Positions 22,706 to 35,595 of a stretch of DNA of 64,000 nt are shown here, in pieces. The translations under genes were made by a program, and so were the position numbers. Location of the stretch: positions 62,000,001-62,064,000 of the forward strand of contig CM059430.1 in assembly GCA_030390025.1 (NCBI GenBank). The letters run 5' to 3'. The notes beneath the pieces were generated by a model that was given only the letters and a program-made list of their open reading frames with translations, searched no databases and had not been told where the DNA came from. The stretch's first letter is position 1. Each line of letters starts with the position of its first letter. This DNA is from Squalus acanthias. Lineage: Eukaryota.

Positions 22706-24704
22706 GACAACGAAAACAACGTGTGACGTCACAGGAAAGCAAGGCAGTGATTGGTTGGTCAGTATTTCTCTCTTTATCTTGGTCATTGGCTTAAATTAAG
22801 AGCCGGGATTAAAAACTAAACGTTCAAAAAGAGGGAGCTGATTGGTGAGTATCTGGTAAGTGTTTTTACTTGGCTTTCTTAAAGATTTTAAGTTTATTCC
22901 AGCTAGGTTGTAAATAGTCTGTTAATTAGAGTTATGGCAGGGTAGCTCACATCCGTGGGATGCAAATCCTGTGCCGTGCGGGAAGTCCTGGACAACTCCC
23001 GTGGTCTGGACAACCACATGTGTGGGAAGTGTCGCCAGCTACAACAGCTCAAGCACCGGGTTAGGGAGCTTGAGTCGCGGCTGCAGTCACTGCTGAGCAT
23101 CCGCGAGGCTGAAAGCTACATGGATCGCACGTTTCGGGAGGTGGTCACCCCGCAGCTTAAGAGTGCGCAGGCAGAGAGGGAGTGGATGACCATCAGACAG
23201 AAGAGGAGGACCAGTCAGGTCGTGCAGGAGTCCGCTGAGCCCATCTTGCTCACCAACCAGTATTTGGTGATGAGTACTGGTGAGGGCAATGGTTCCTCTG
23301 GGGAGTGCAACCAGAGCCAAGTCCACAGCACCGTGGAATGCTCAGCTGCACAGACGGGAGTTGGGGGGGGGGGGGGAGGCGGGTGCGGAAGAAGAGGGGG
23401 AGAGCAATAGTGATAGGGCATTCAATAGTTAGGGGAGCAGACAGGCGTTTCTGCGGCCGCAGATGTGACTCCTGGATGGCATGTTGCCTCCCTGGTTCCA
23501 GGGTCAAGGATGTCACTGAACAGATGCAGGGCATTCTGAGGGGGGAGGGTGAACAGCCAGAGGTCACGGTCAATATCGGTACCAACGACATAGGTAGGAA
23601 GAGGGATGAGGTCCTGCAGGCAGAGTTTAGGGAGCTAGGAAAGAGGTTAAAAAGCAGGACCTCAAAGGTAGTAATCTTCGGATTACTACTAGTTCCACGT
23701 GCTAGTGAGTACAGAAATAGGAAGATGGAACAGATGATTGCGTGGCTAGAGAGATGGTATAAGAGGGAGGGCTTTAGATTCCTGAGGAATTGGAACCGTT
23801 TCTGGGGGAGGTGGGACCTCTACAAGCCAGACGGGTTGCACCTCAACGGGAACGGGACCAATATCCTTACGGGAGGGTTTGCAAGTGCTTTTGGGGAGGG
23901 TTTAAACCAGCTTGGCAGGGGGATGGGAACCTAAGTATAGAGTCAACAGGGAGGGAAGAAAAACTGGAATTGGAAAACAAAAACGTAGATAGTAAATTGG
24001 CAGGACAGAGGAATGAAGGGCTAGATAGTAGTCAACAAGGAGGTTTGCCTGTACTAAATGGTATATACTTCAATGCAAGGAGTATAGCGAACAAGGCAGA
24101 TGAGCTGAGGGGACAGGTAGATACTTGGACTATGATATAATAGCTATAACAGAGACGTGGTTGAAAGAGGGGCAGGTATGGCAGCTCAACATTCCTGGTC
24201 ACAGGATTTTCAGACGGGATAGAGAGGGAAGTAAAAAGGGAGGGGGGCGGTGGTCGCGGTATTGATTAAAGAAACTATTACAGCTGTGAGGAGGAATGAT
24301 ATGTTGGAGGGATCATCAAACGAGGCCATATGGGTCGAATTGAAAAACAAAAAAGGGACGATCAAACTGCTGGGAGTGTACTACAGACCCCCAAACAGTG
24401 AGAGGGAGAGAGAAGAACAAATATGTAAACACATTTCTGAGAAGTACAAAAATTATAGGCCAGTAATAGTAACGGATGTTAACTACCCCAATATTAACAG
24501 GGATAAATTTAATGTGAAGGGTATTGAGGGAGTGGAATTTCAAAAATGCATCCAGGAGAAATTTTTTAGCCAGTATGAAGCAAGCACAACAAGGGAGGGG
24601 CGGTTCTGGACTTAGTTTTAGGCAAGGAAGCTGGGCAGGTAGAAGGCATATCAGTGGGGAAGCATTTTGGTGCTAGTGACCATAATTCTGTTAGATTTAA
24701 GGTA

Positions 24705-25646
24705 TGATGTGGAAATGCCAGCGTTGGACTGGGGTGGACAAAAATGAGAAGTCGCACAACACCAGGTTATAGTCCAACAGATTTATTTAAAATTACAAGC
24801 TTTCGGAGCTGTCGCCCCTTCCTCAGGTAGAGTAGCTGTGAGAGAATCTCCCAGAATTCACAATATAAACACAGAAAAAATGTATTCAAATCTTTCCCTA
24901 CATCAAAGACACACGAAGAGCACAGCCAAGACAATGAGATGTGTCCCAGGGGGTCCAACGTGTCAAAACACCTGCTGGCTGCATATCCTCTGCAGTTGAG
25001 TTTGGTTCTTGTGTTAGTTTTTTTTTTAAAAAGCTGGAAAGACCGGCCATGATGTCAAGTCACGTTCTGTATCGTGACATGAACCCGATATCGCGATTGA
25101 GGCCATCCTCATGAGTGCGGAACTTGGCTATCAGTTTCTGCTCTATGATTTTGCGCTGTCGTGTATCCCGAAGGCCGCCTTGGAGAACGCTTACCCGCAG
25201 ATCCGAGGCTGAATGCCCCTGACTGCTGAAGTGTTCCCCGACTGGGAGGCAACCCTCCTGCCTGGCGATTGTTGCGCGGTGTCCGTTCATACTTTGTCTC
25301 AGTGTTTGCATGGTCTCGCCGATGTACCATGCTCTGGGGCATCCTTTACTGCAACGTATCAGGTAGACAACCTTGGCCGAGTCACATGAGTATGTACCAT
25401 ATACCTGGTGGGTAGTGTCCTCACGTGTGATGATGGTATCTGTGTCCATGATCTGGCATGTCTTGCAGAGGTTGCCGTGGCAGGGTTGTGTGGTGTCGTG
25501 GTTGCTGTTCTCCTGAAAGATGGGTAATCTGCTGCGAACGATGGTACTTTTGAGGTTAGGCGGCTGCTTGAAGGCGAGTAGTGGAGGCCTGGGGATGGCC
25601 TTAGCAAGGTGTTCACGTACTATAACCTGGTGTTGTGCGACTTCTC
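24705..25646 (-). mobile_element. Penelope-like element B1: 5'-truncated (GIY-YIG region + pLTR) with a ~29-bp inverted pLTR end
   Basis: ORF 25060-25449 (VVYLIRC..WYIGET..GLNRD); inverted piece ~25618-25646; TSD agatttaaggta (24693-24704) / agatgtaaggta (25647-25658). Confidence 0.9.
24794..24829 (-). ncRNA. Type I minimal hammerhead ribozyme motif (Penelope B pLTR)
   Basis: Reverse complement TAC-CTGAGGA-A-GGGGC-GACA-GCTCC-GAAA-GCTT-GTA. Confidence 0.75.
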
Positions 25647-27793
25647 AGATGTAAGGTAGTTATGGAAAAGGACAAGGATGGAACAGGAATAAAAATTCTA
25701 AATTGGGGAAAAGCAAATTTTGCTAAGCTCAGAGGGGATTTAGCCATAGTGGACTGGAAAAAGCTACTTGAAAGTAAATCAGTGTCAGAGCAGCGGGAGG
25801 CATTCAAGGAGGAGATCCGGAGGGTTCAGACCAAATATGTGCCCTTAAAGAAAAAAGGTGGGACTAACAAATCTAGAACCCTCTGGATATCTAGGGACAT
25901 ACAGGGTAGGATAAAGAAAAAAAGGGAGGCGAATGACATATACCGAGGGCTAAATACTCCAGAATCTTTAGAGAAGTACAGAAAGTGCAGGGGTGCAATT
26001 AAAAAGGATATTAGGAAAGCAAAGAGAGAGTGTGAAAAATTCTTGGCAAGTGAAATGAAGGAAAATCCAAACTGTTTTATAAATATATTAAGAGTAAGAG
26101 GATAACTAAAGAAAGGTTAGGGCCATTTAGACATCACGGGGGTAATCTGTGTGTGGAGGCGGGATACGTCAGTAGGGTTCTTAATGAATACTTTGTGTCT
26201 GTTTTCACAAAGGAGAGGGGCGAAGCAGACATTGCTATCAGGGGGGAGGAGTGTGAAATATCAGATGAAATAAACATAGTGAGAGAGAAAGTATTAAGAG
26301 GTTTATCAGCTTCAAAAAGTTGATAAATCCTCAGGCCCGGATGAAATGTATCCCAGGCTGTTAAGCGAAGCAAAAAATGAAATAGCAGTGGCCCTGACCA
26401 TCATTTTTCAATCCTCTCTGGCTTCAGGTGTGGTGCCGGATGACTGGAGGACTGCTAATGTGGTACCCTTGTTTAAAAAGGGAGAAAAGGATAGACTGAG
26501 TAATTACAGGCCACTTAGCCTAACCTCGGTGGTGGGAAAATTATTGGAAAGAATTCTGAAGAAGAGGATAAATCTTCATTTAGAAAGACACGGATTAATC
26601 AAGGAAAGTCAGCACGGATTTGTTAAGGGAAGGTCGTGTCTGACAAAATTGATTGAATTTTTTGAGGAGGTAACAAGGAGGGTAGGTGAGGGTAGTGCAT
26701 TTGATGTAGTGTATATAGATTTTAGCAAGGCTTTTGATAAGGTTCCACATGGCAGACTGGTGAAGAAGTTAAATGCCCATGGGATCCAAGGCAAAGTGTC
26801 AAGTTGGATTCGAAACTGTCTCGGAGACAGGAAGCAGAGGGTAATGGCTGATGGGTGTTTTTGTGACTGGAAGACTGTTTCCAGTGGGGTTCTGCAGGGC
26901 TCAGTACTGGGTCCCTTGCTTTTTGTGGTATAAATCAATGATCTAGACTTCAATATAAGGGGTATGATTAAGAAGTTTGCAGATGATACTAAAATCGGCT
27001 GTGTGGTTGAAACTGTAGAAGGAAGCTGTAGACTGCAGGAAGATATCAATAAATTGGTCAGGTGGGCAGAACAGTGGCAAATGGAATTAAATCCGGAGAA
27101 GTGTGAGTTAATGCATTTGGGGAGGGAAAACAAGAAAAGGGAATACGCATTAAATGGTAGGACACTGCCTAGTGTAAAGGAACAATGGGACCTTGGATTG
27201 CATGGCCAGAGATCCCTGAAGTTAGCAGGCCAGGTAGATAAGGTGGTTACGAAGACAGACGGAATGCTTGCCTTTATTAGCCATGGCATACAACACAAGA
27301 GCAGAGGGGTTATGCTTCAACAGTATAAAACACTATTTACGCCTCAGCTGGATTACTGCATGCAGTTCTGGTCACCACATTGCAGGAAAGATGGGATTGC
27401 ACTGGAGAGGGTACAGAGGAGATTTACAAGGATGCTGCTGGGAGTAGAGATTCTTAGCTATGAGTAAAGACTGTATAGGCTGGGTCTGTTTTCGTTGGAA
27501 CAGAGAAGGCTGAGGGCATACCACATTTAGGTGTATACAATTATTAGGGGAACAGATAATGTGTATAGAAAGGACCTATTTCCCTTAGCAGAGGGGTCAA
27601 AAACCATGGGGCACTATTTCAAGTAATTGGTGGAAGGTTTAGAGGGAATTTGAGGGGAAATTCTTCACCCAGACGGTTGTGGGTGTCTGGAACTCACTGC
27701 CTGAAAGGGTGGTAGAGGCAGGAACCCTAACCACATTTAAAAAATGAGAAGTCGCACAACACCAGGTTATAGTACAACAGATTTATTTAAAAT

Positions 27794-27829
27794 TACAAGC
27801 TTTCGGAGCTGTCGCCCCTTCCTCAGGTA
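27794..27829 (-). ncRNA. Type I minimal hammerhead ribozyme motif (Penelope B pLTR)
   Basis: Same motif as 24794-24829. Confidence 0.75.
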
Positions 27830-29692
27830 GTGTTACTGTGAGACAATCTACCAGAATTCACAGAATATAAACACAGAGAAAATGGGATTCAATCTTTCCC
27901 TACATCAAAGACACACGAAGAGCACAACCAAGACAAAGAGATGTGTCCCAGGGGGTCCAACGTGTCAAAACACCTGCTGACTGCATATCCTCTCCATTTG
28001 GGTTTGTTTCTTGTGTTTGTTTGTTTTTAAAGCTGGAAAGAACGGTAACGATGTCAAGTCACGTTCTGTAGCGTGACATGAACCCGATATCCCGATTGAG
28101 GCCGTCCTCATGAGTGCGGAATTTGGCTATTAGTTTCTGCTCGATGATTTTGCGTTGTCGTGGATCCCGAAGGCCGCCTTGGAGAACACTAACCTGCAGA
28201 TCCGAGGCTGAATGCCCTTGACTGCTGAAGTGTTCCCCGACTGGGCGGCAACCCTCCTGCCTGGCGATTGTTGTGTGGTGTCCGTTCATACATTGTCTCA
28301 GTGTCTGCATGGTCTCGCCGATGTACCATGCTCTGGGGTATCCTTTACTGCAACGTATCAGGTAGACAACCTTGGCCGAGTCACATGAGTATGTACCATG
28401 TACCTGGTGGGTAGTGTCCTCACGTGTGATGACGGTATCTGTGTCCATGATCTGGCATGTCTTGCAGAGGTTGCCGTGGCAGGGTTGTGTGGTGTCGTGG
28501 TCGCTGTTCTCCTGAAAGCTGAGTAATTTTCTGCGAATGTTGGTACTTTTGAAGTTAGGCGGCTGCTTGAAGGCGAGTAGTGGAGGCGTGGACATGGCCT
28601 TAGCAAGGTGTTCGTCGTCATCAATGAGATGTTGAAGGCTGCGAAGAACATGGCGTAGTTTCTCCGCTACGGGGAAGTACTGGACGACGTACGGTACTCT
28701 GTTGGTTGTGTCCCGTGTTCATCTTCTGAGGAGGTCTATGCGGTTTTTCACTGTGGCCCGTCGGAACCGCATAGACCTCCTCAGAAGACAAACACGGGAC
28801 ACAACCAACAGAGTACCCTACGTCGTCCAGTACTTCCCCGGAGCGAAGAAACTACGCCATGTTCATCGCAGCCATCAACATTTCATCGATGACGACGAAC
28901 ACCTTGCTAAGGCCATCCCCACGCCTCCACTACTCGCCTTCAAGCAGCCGCCTAACCTCAAAAGTAGCATCGTTCACAGCAAATTACCCAGCTTTCAGGA
29001 GAACAGCGACCACGACACCACACAACTCTGCCACAGCAACCTCTGCAAGACATGCCAGATCATGGACACAAATACCGTCATCACACGTGAGGACACTACC
29101 CACCAGGTACATGGTACATACTCATGTGACTCGGCCAACGTTGTCTACCTGATACTTTGCAGTAAAGGATGCCCCAGAGCATGGTACATCGGCGAGACCA
29201 TGCAGACACTGAGACAACGTATGAACGGACACCACGCAACAATCGCCAGGCAGGAGGGTTGCCTCCCAGTCGGGGAACACTTCAGCAGTCAAGGGCATTC
29301 AGCCATGGATCTTCGGGTTAGAGTTCTCCAAGGCGGCCTTCGGGATACACGACAACGCAAAATCATCGAGCAGAAACTGATAGCCAAGTTCAGCACTCAT
29401 GAGGACGGCCTCAATCGGGATATCGGGTTCATGTCACGCTACAGAACGTGACTTGACATTGTTGCCGGTCTTTCCAGCTTTTTAAAAAAACAAACACAAG
29501 AAACAAACACAAGAAACAAACCCAAATGGAGAGGATATGCAGCCAGCAGGTGTTTTGACACGTTGGACCCCCTGGGACACATCTCATTGTCTTGGCTGTG
29601 CTCTTAGTGTGTCTTTGATGTAGGGAAAGATTGAATCGCATTTTCTCTCTGTTTTATTCTGTGAATTCTGGTAGATTGTCTCACAGTAACTC

Positions 29693-29728
29693 TACTTGAG
29701 GAAGGGGCGACAGCTCCGAAAGGTTGTA
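29693..29728 (+). ncRNA. Mutated hammerhead motif (Penelope B pLTR), probably inactive
   Basis: tac-TTGAGGA-a-ggggc-gaca-gctcc-gaaa-GGTT-gta: core C3>U and stem III palindrome broken. Confidence 0.55.
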
Positions 29729-30299
29729 ATTTTAAATAAATCTGTTGGACTATAACCTGGTGTTGTGCGACTTCTCATTTTTGTCCACCCCAGTCCAACG
29801 CCGGCATGACCACATTTAAAAAGTACTTGAATGTGCACTTGAGATGCTCTAAACTGCAGTACTACGGACCAAGAGCTGTGAAGTGGGATTAGGCTGGGTA
29901 GCTCTTTGTTGGACGGCATGTACATGATGGGCCGAAATGGCCTCCTTCCGTCATGTAACTTTCTACGATTCTATGATTCTATGATTTGTCCTGATAATGG
30001 TTGCAGAGAAATAAAAATGTCATGTGTTATTATATAAATTGACTTGCTTGAGAATTCATAAAGGATTAAAATAGTAATAACTGCCAATGCATTCTACAAT
30101 ACAATGCTAAAGTGGGCGAGGCCTCAGATGGGTGGTAATATTATAATTACATAACATGCAGATATGATAGTGCAGTACCATCAATATAAATCGGGATAAA
30201 ATGGCTTTCATAGCTAAAATTTTACCCACTATTTGATTCTGGCGTCTCTGTAAACGGCTTCTGTTACTCGTCTTTGGATGTTTGTCTGTAGCTCTGAAT

Positions 30300-33200
30300 G
30301 TTGATAGCACGTTTAACGCGGTGGTCACACCGCAGGTAAAGAGTTCCCTGGCAGAAAGTGAATGGGTGACCGCCAGACAGAGTAAAATACATCGGAAGGT
30401 AGTCCAGGAGTCTCCTGGGTCCGTCTCCCTCTCCAACAGATTTTCCGTTTTGGATACTGCTGGTGGAGATGGTTTCTCAGGGGACTGCAGCAAGAGCCAA
30501 GTCCGTGACAATACGAGTGGCTCAGCTGCACAGGAGGGGAGGAAAAAGAGTGGGAGAGCAATAGTGATAGGGGATTCTATCTTAAGGGGAACAGATAGAC
30601 GTTTCTGTGGCCACAGACGTGACTCCAGGATGGTACGTTGCCTCTCTGGTGCCAGGGTTAAGGATATCACTGAGTGGCTGCAGGATATCCTGACGGGGGA
30701 AGGTGAACAACCAGAGGTCCTGGTCCATATCGGCACCAACGACATTGGTAGAAAGAGGGACGAGGTCCTGCAAGCAGAATACAGGGAGCTAGAAAATAAA
30801 TTAAAAAGCAGGACCTCAAAGGTAGCAATCTCAGGATTACTCCCAGTGCCACGTGCTAGCAAGAGCAGAAATAAGAGAATAGACCAGATGAATGCATGGC
30901 TGGAGAGATGTTGTAGGAGGGAGAGATTTAATTTACTGAGACATTGGGATCGACTCTGGGGAAGGTGGGACCAGTACTTGCTGGACGTGTTACACCTCGG
31001 CATAACCGGGACCAATATCCTCGCAGAGGGGTTTGCTAGTGCTGTTGTTAAGGATTTAAACTCGTTTCTCAGGGGGCTGGGATCCCAAGTGTGGGCTCAG
31101 AACAGAGAGAATCAAAGCTGAAAGTGCAAGTTAGAAAAGTAGTCAGCAAAACTGGTAGGGAGCAGAAAAAAGGCGCACAGTAAAGGGGGTCAAAGTGCAG
31201 AAAAATATTACACAGGCAAAGTTGAAGGCACTTTATCTAAATGCACGTAGCATTCGAAACAACTTGGATGAATTACTGGCACTAATATAAGTAAATAGGT
31301 ATGATGTAATTGCCATTACAGAGACATGGTTGCAGGGTAACCAAAGCTGGGAGCTGAATGTTCCAGGGTACTCAATATTTAGGAAGGACAGACAAAAAGG
31401 AAAAGGAGGTGGCATAGCGCTGTTAATAAGGGATGAGATCGGTACGGTAGAGATAAAAGATCTTGGCTTGGCAGATCGTGATGTAGAACTGGAATCAGTT
31501 TGGGTGGAGCTAAGAAACAGCAAAGGGCGGAAAACATTGGTGAGAGTTGTGTATAGGCCACCAAACAGTAGTGGTAATGTAGGGCACAGTATCAATCAAG
31601 AGATTAGAAGTGCATATAACAAGGGCAATACGGTAATCATGGGGGACTTTCATCTACATATTGACTGGGCAATTCAAATTACCAATAATGGTGTGGAGGA
31701 CGATATTCTTGGAATGCATGTGAGATGGTTTCCTGGATCAGTATGTGGAGGAACCAAACAGGGAACAGGCTATTCTGGATCTGGTACTGTGTAACGAGAA
31801 AGGACTGATCAATAATCTTGTGGTAAAGGGGACTTCAGGGAAAAGTGACCACAATATGATTGAATTTTATATTAAGTTTGAGAGTGATGTAGTCCAATCT
31901 TAAACTAAGGTCTTCAATCTAAACAGAGGAAACTACAAGGGTATGAGCGACAAGTTGGCCATGGTAGATTGGGAGACTACACTAAAAGTTATGAAGTGGA
32001 CATATAATGGCTAACATTCAAGGAAATAATGCATAATTTGCAACAAATACATATTCTTCCAGGGCATAAAAACCCAAAAGGAAAAGTGATCTAACCATGG
32101 CTAACAAAAGAAATTAAAGCTAGTATTAACTCAAAGGAGCAAGCTTATAAAGTTGCCAGAAAAAGCGGCCAGCCTGAGGATTGGGATCTGTTTAGGAATC
32201 AGCAAAGGGGGATCAAGAAATTGATAAAGAAAGGGAACATGGAATATGAGCACAAATGAGCGAAAAATATAAAAACGGATAGTAAAAGCTTCTATAGGTA
32301 TGTGAAAAGGCAAAGACAGGCGAAGGTAAATGTATGTCCTTTACAGTCAGAGACGAGAGAATTTATAATGGGGAATGAGGAAATGGCTGAGAAATTAAAT
32401 ACTTTGTTTCTGTCTTCACGGAGGAAGACACAAAAAACACTCAGAAATACGAGAAAACCAAGGGTGTGGCGAGAATGAGGAACTTAAAGAAATTAGTATT
32501 AGTAAAAAAACAGTGTACGCAAAATTAATGGGACTAAAATTCGATAATTCTCATGGACCGGATGACCTACATCCTAGGGTTTTGAAAGAGGTGGCCATTG
32601 GCTTAGTGGACGCATTGTTTGTCATCTTCCAAAATTCTATAGATTCTGGAACGGTTCCTGCAGATTGGAGGATAGCAAATGTAACGCCGCTATTTAAGAA
32701 AGGAGGGAGAGAGAAAACGGGGAATCGCAGACCTGTTAGCCTCACATCAGTAGTTGGGAAAATGCTGGATCTATTATAAAGGATGCAATAACTGGGCACT
32801 TAGAAACTTATAGTAAGATTGGGCAGAGTCAACATGGATTTATGAAAGGGAAGACTTGTGTGACAAACCTGTTGGAGGTCTTTGAGGATGTAACTAGTGC
32901 AGTAGACAAAGGGGAACCAGTAGATATGGTTTATTTGGATTTTCAGAAGGCCTTCAATAAGGTCCCACACAAGAGTTTGGTGAGCAAAATTAGGGCTCAT
33001 GGAATTGGGGGTAATATACTAGCATGGATTGAGAATTGGTTAACAGACACAAAACAAAGTGCAGGGATAAACGGGTCTTTTTCAGGATGGCAGGCTGTGA
33101 CTAGTGGGGTAGCGCAAGGATCGGTGCTTGGGCACCAGCTATTCACAATCTATATCAATGATTTGGATGAGAGGACTAAATGTAACATTTCCAAATTTGC

Positions 33201-34130
33201 TGATGACACAAAGCTAGGTGTCAGTGTCAGTTGCGAAGAGGACGTGAAGAGGCTTCAATGGGATCTCGACAGTCTCAGTGAGTGGGCGAGAACATGGCAG
33301 ATGGATTATAATGAGGATAAATGTGAAGTTCTCCGCTTTGGTGGAAAAACCAGAAAGGCAGAGTATTTCCTAAATGGTGAAAGATTGGGGAATGCAGATG
33401 CTCAAAGGGTCCTGGGTGTCCTTGTACATGAGTCACTGAATGTGAATGTGCAGGTGCAGCAAGCCATTAGGAAGGTAAATGATATGCTGGCGTTCATTAC
33501 AAGAGGATTTGCGTACAGGAGTAAAGAAGTCTTACTTCAATTATATAGGGCCTTGGTGTTGCCACACCTGGAGTACTGTGTACAATTTTGGTCTCCTTAC
33601 CTAAGAAATGATATACTTGCCATAGAGGGAGTGCAACAAAGGTTCCCAAGATTGATTCCTGGGATGGCAGGACTGTCGTATGAGATGAGATTGAGTAAAC
33701 CTCTCTTGCATTCTTTTGAATTCAGAAGAATGAGAGGGGAACTCAATGAAGCATACAAAATTATTGATAGGGTGAATGCTGGGAGAATCTTTCCCTTGGC
33801 TGGGTGTCTCGAACCAGGGGCCACAGCCTCAAGATAAAGGGTAGGCCATTCAGGACTGAGATGAGAAGACAGTTCTTCACACAGAGGGTGGTGAATCTTT
33901 GGAATTCTCTACCCCCGATGGCTTTGGAGCCTCAGTCATTGGGAATATTCAAAACAGACGTCGATAGTTTTCTGACTAGTAAAGGCATCAAGGGATATGG
34001 CGATAAGGCCAGTGAATGGAATTGAGACAGAAGATCAGCCATGATCTCATTGAATGGCGGAGCAGGCTCGAAGGCCCGAATGGCCTACTCCTGCTCCTAT
34101 TTCTTATGTTCTATGTTCTTATGTTCTGTG
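30300..34130 (+). mobile_element. CR1 LINE, truncated within ORF1
   Basis: ORF 30282-31121 (AIVIGDSILRG, HIGTNDIG, SGNH esterase); ORF2 pieces 31330-31794, 32513-32779, 32842-33837 (FADD), 33804-34025; (ttcttatg)n tail ~34100-34130. Confidence 0.92.
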
Positions 34131-34222
34131 CTTCTTTCGTTATTTTTAGATATCCCAGTATTCTCGGAGACAGTCAATTCTAGATTCACGTACTTCGACT
34201 TGTGAAACAGTTTGGAAATATT

Positions 34223-34979
34223 GGCCCAGATATTCCGATCGCAGGCCTCCCGCGGGCGGAGGGCTGCGATCTGGAAAAAATCTTTGCCAAGACCGGAGGG
34301 CTCCCGGGAGGCGCACGCTTCCGCTGCTGGGCCTCTCCAAAGTGCAGGTGCGCAGGGCCCATGTATCCCAGGGGCGCAGGTAGCAGCAGCGTCCCTGGGA
34401 TCACGTGGGCCATGGGGAGCCAATCAGAGAAGGGAATCTCCCTTCATACATTTTAACAGGAAGAGCTGTCAAATATATCAATAGAGATCACCCCCAAAAC
34501 ATAGTAAAACTTTAAATATTTTTTTTAAAAAGCATCACATTTTTAAAATGACTTGAAATTACATAAATTAACTATTTTTAACAAAAAATTAAATTTTTGA
34601 AAAATAATAATTAAAGTTTTTAACGGAGCTAAAAATAAACTTACCTTTCTTTAAAGTATTTTTAAATGATAAATCAGTGGAAACATTTTTTTTACTATTT
34701 TCAACTCTTATCCTGGTAAAAGCAGGCCTTATGCCTGCTTTTACCAGGCGCAAGAATTGTAAGTGTTTTCTGCGGGCGGAGGGTCTCCAAAAAGTGGAAC
34801 TCTCCGCCCGCAGAGGCCCTTCTCCAGGGCAGCCGGAGGATCTGTTAAGAGCTTTTTGACAGCTCGGAAATGCCGTTTTCCAGCTCGTGCGCAATGCATG
34901 CACGAAACCGGCACTTTGGTTGGGTCTACGGGTGAGTACCCAGCGCGTACTCACCCGTGGAGACCCGAATTTCTGGCCC
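34223..34979. mobile_element. Harbinger-related MITE
   Basis: Termini ggcccagatattcc / cgaatttctggccc; right end (reverse complement) aligns over ~115 bp with the left end of the Harbinger at 39039; internal 16-bp (34712-34748) and 12-bp (34928-34958) hairpins; TSD not matched (att/aca). Confidence 0.75.
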
Positions 34980-35388
34980 ACAGTGTTATAACCGTGTTTA
35001 GATGAGCGAGAACTCCAGAACATATTTGCATAAAGTTATATTACACCTACAAGATTTGACGAACCATTAAATAGTTATCCTCTCGTTATTAATAGTACAT
35101 TTTTAAGAAACGTAATTTAGATTTTGTACTTTTTAGCTATCAGCAGCAACAATGCACCGGATGCCATGTATTTTTTCAAAAGTGCGATTTGAATCGCTAA
35201 AGAGGGACAGTGTTTTTTTCAAAATAGATTTAACATGTTCTGACATCATTATAATAAGACCTCTTCACTGTAAAAAAAATGTTTTCTCATTTGATTTCTC
35301 TGCCTGGTTGAATGATGGAACCATGTGAGTTACCTACAGGTCCTGTTAGACATTCCTGGAAATCAATGGAATTTAATTAAGTAAATAA

Positions 35389-35595
35389 ATGGCACAAAAG
35401 CAAAATCCTGCGAATGCTGGAAATCTGAAATAAAAACAGAACATGCTGGAAATACTCAGCAGGTCAGGCAGCATCTGTAGAGAGAGAAACAGAGTTAACG
35501 TTTCAGGTCGATGACCCTCGAAGCGTGAACTCTGTTTCTGTCTCTGTAGATGCTGCCTGACCTGTTGAGTATTTACAGCATTTTCTGCTTTTTAT
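35389..35595. mobile_element. ~207-bp fold-back non-coding element (inverted pair of hammerhead-bearing mini-elements)
   Basis: Minus copy ~35389-35520 with a partial hammerhead (rc gggtcatcgacctgaaacgttaac), plus copy ~35521-35595; 12-bp TSD ttaagtaaataa at 35377-35388 and 35596-35607. Confidence 0.78.

Larger units (their letters stand above)
27744..29808. mobile_element. Penelope-like element B2: two 5'-truncated copies head-to-head forming a ~1-kb-arm palindrome
   Basis: ORFs 28059-28595 (-) and 28702-29451 (+) both encode the GIY-YIG region; arms ~27744-28745 and ~28765-29780; 14-bp TSD accacatttaaaaa at 27730-27743 and 29809-29822. Confidence 0.92.
22535..29985 (+). mobile_element. Full-length degenerate CR1 LINE carrying two Penelope B insertions
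   Basis: 5'UTR repeats; ORF1 22955-23410 (CxxC..CxxC + coiled coil) frameshifted into the esterase 23305-23934; ORF2 pieces 24250-24615, 25635-26105, 26346-26933, 26964-27467; tail (ttctatga)n ~29961-29985. Confidence 0.9.

Noticed and set aside
28702-29451. 249-aa ORF as a novel protein
   Set aside because: Chimeric read-through across the palindrome centre: the first ~21 residues are antisense of the other arm and the rest is truncated Penelope endonuclease.
30282-31121. Host SGNH/GDSL esterase genes (also 11490-11993 and 23305-23934)
   Set aside because: These are the esterase domain of CR1 ORF1, directly upstream of APE-RT ORF2 in each copy.
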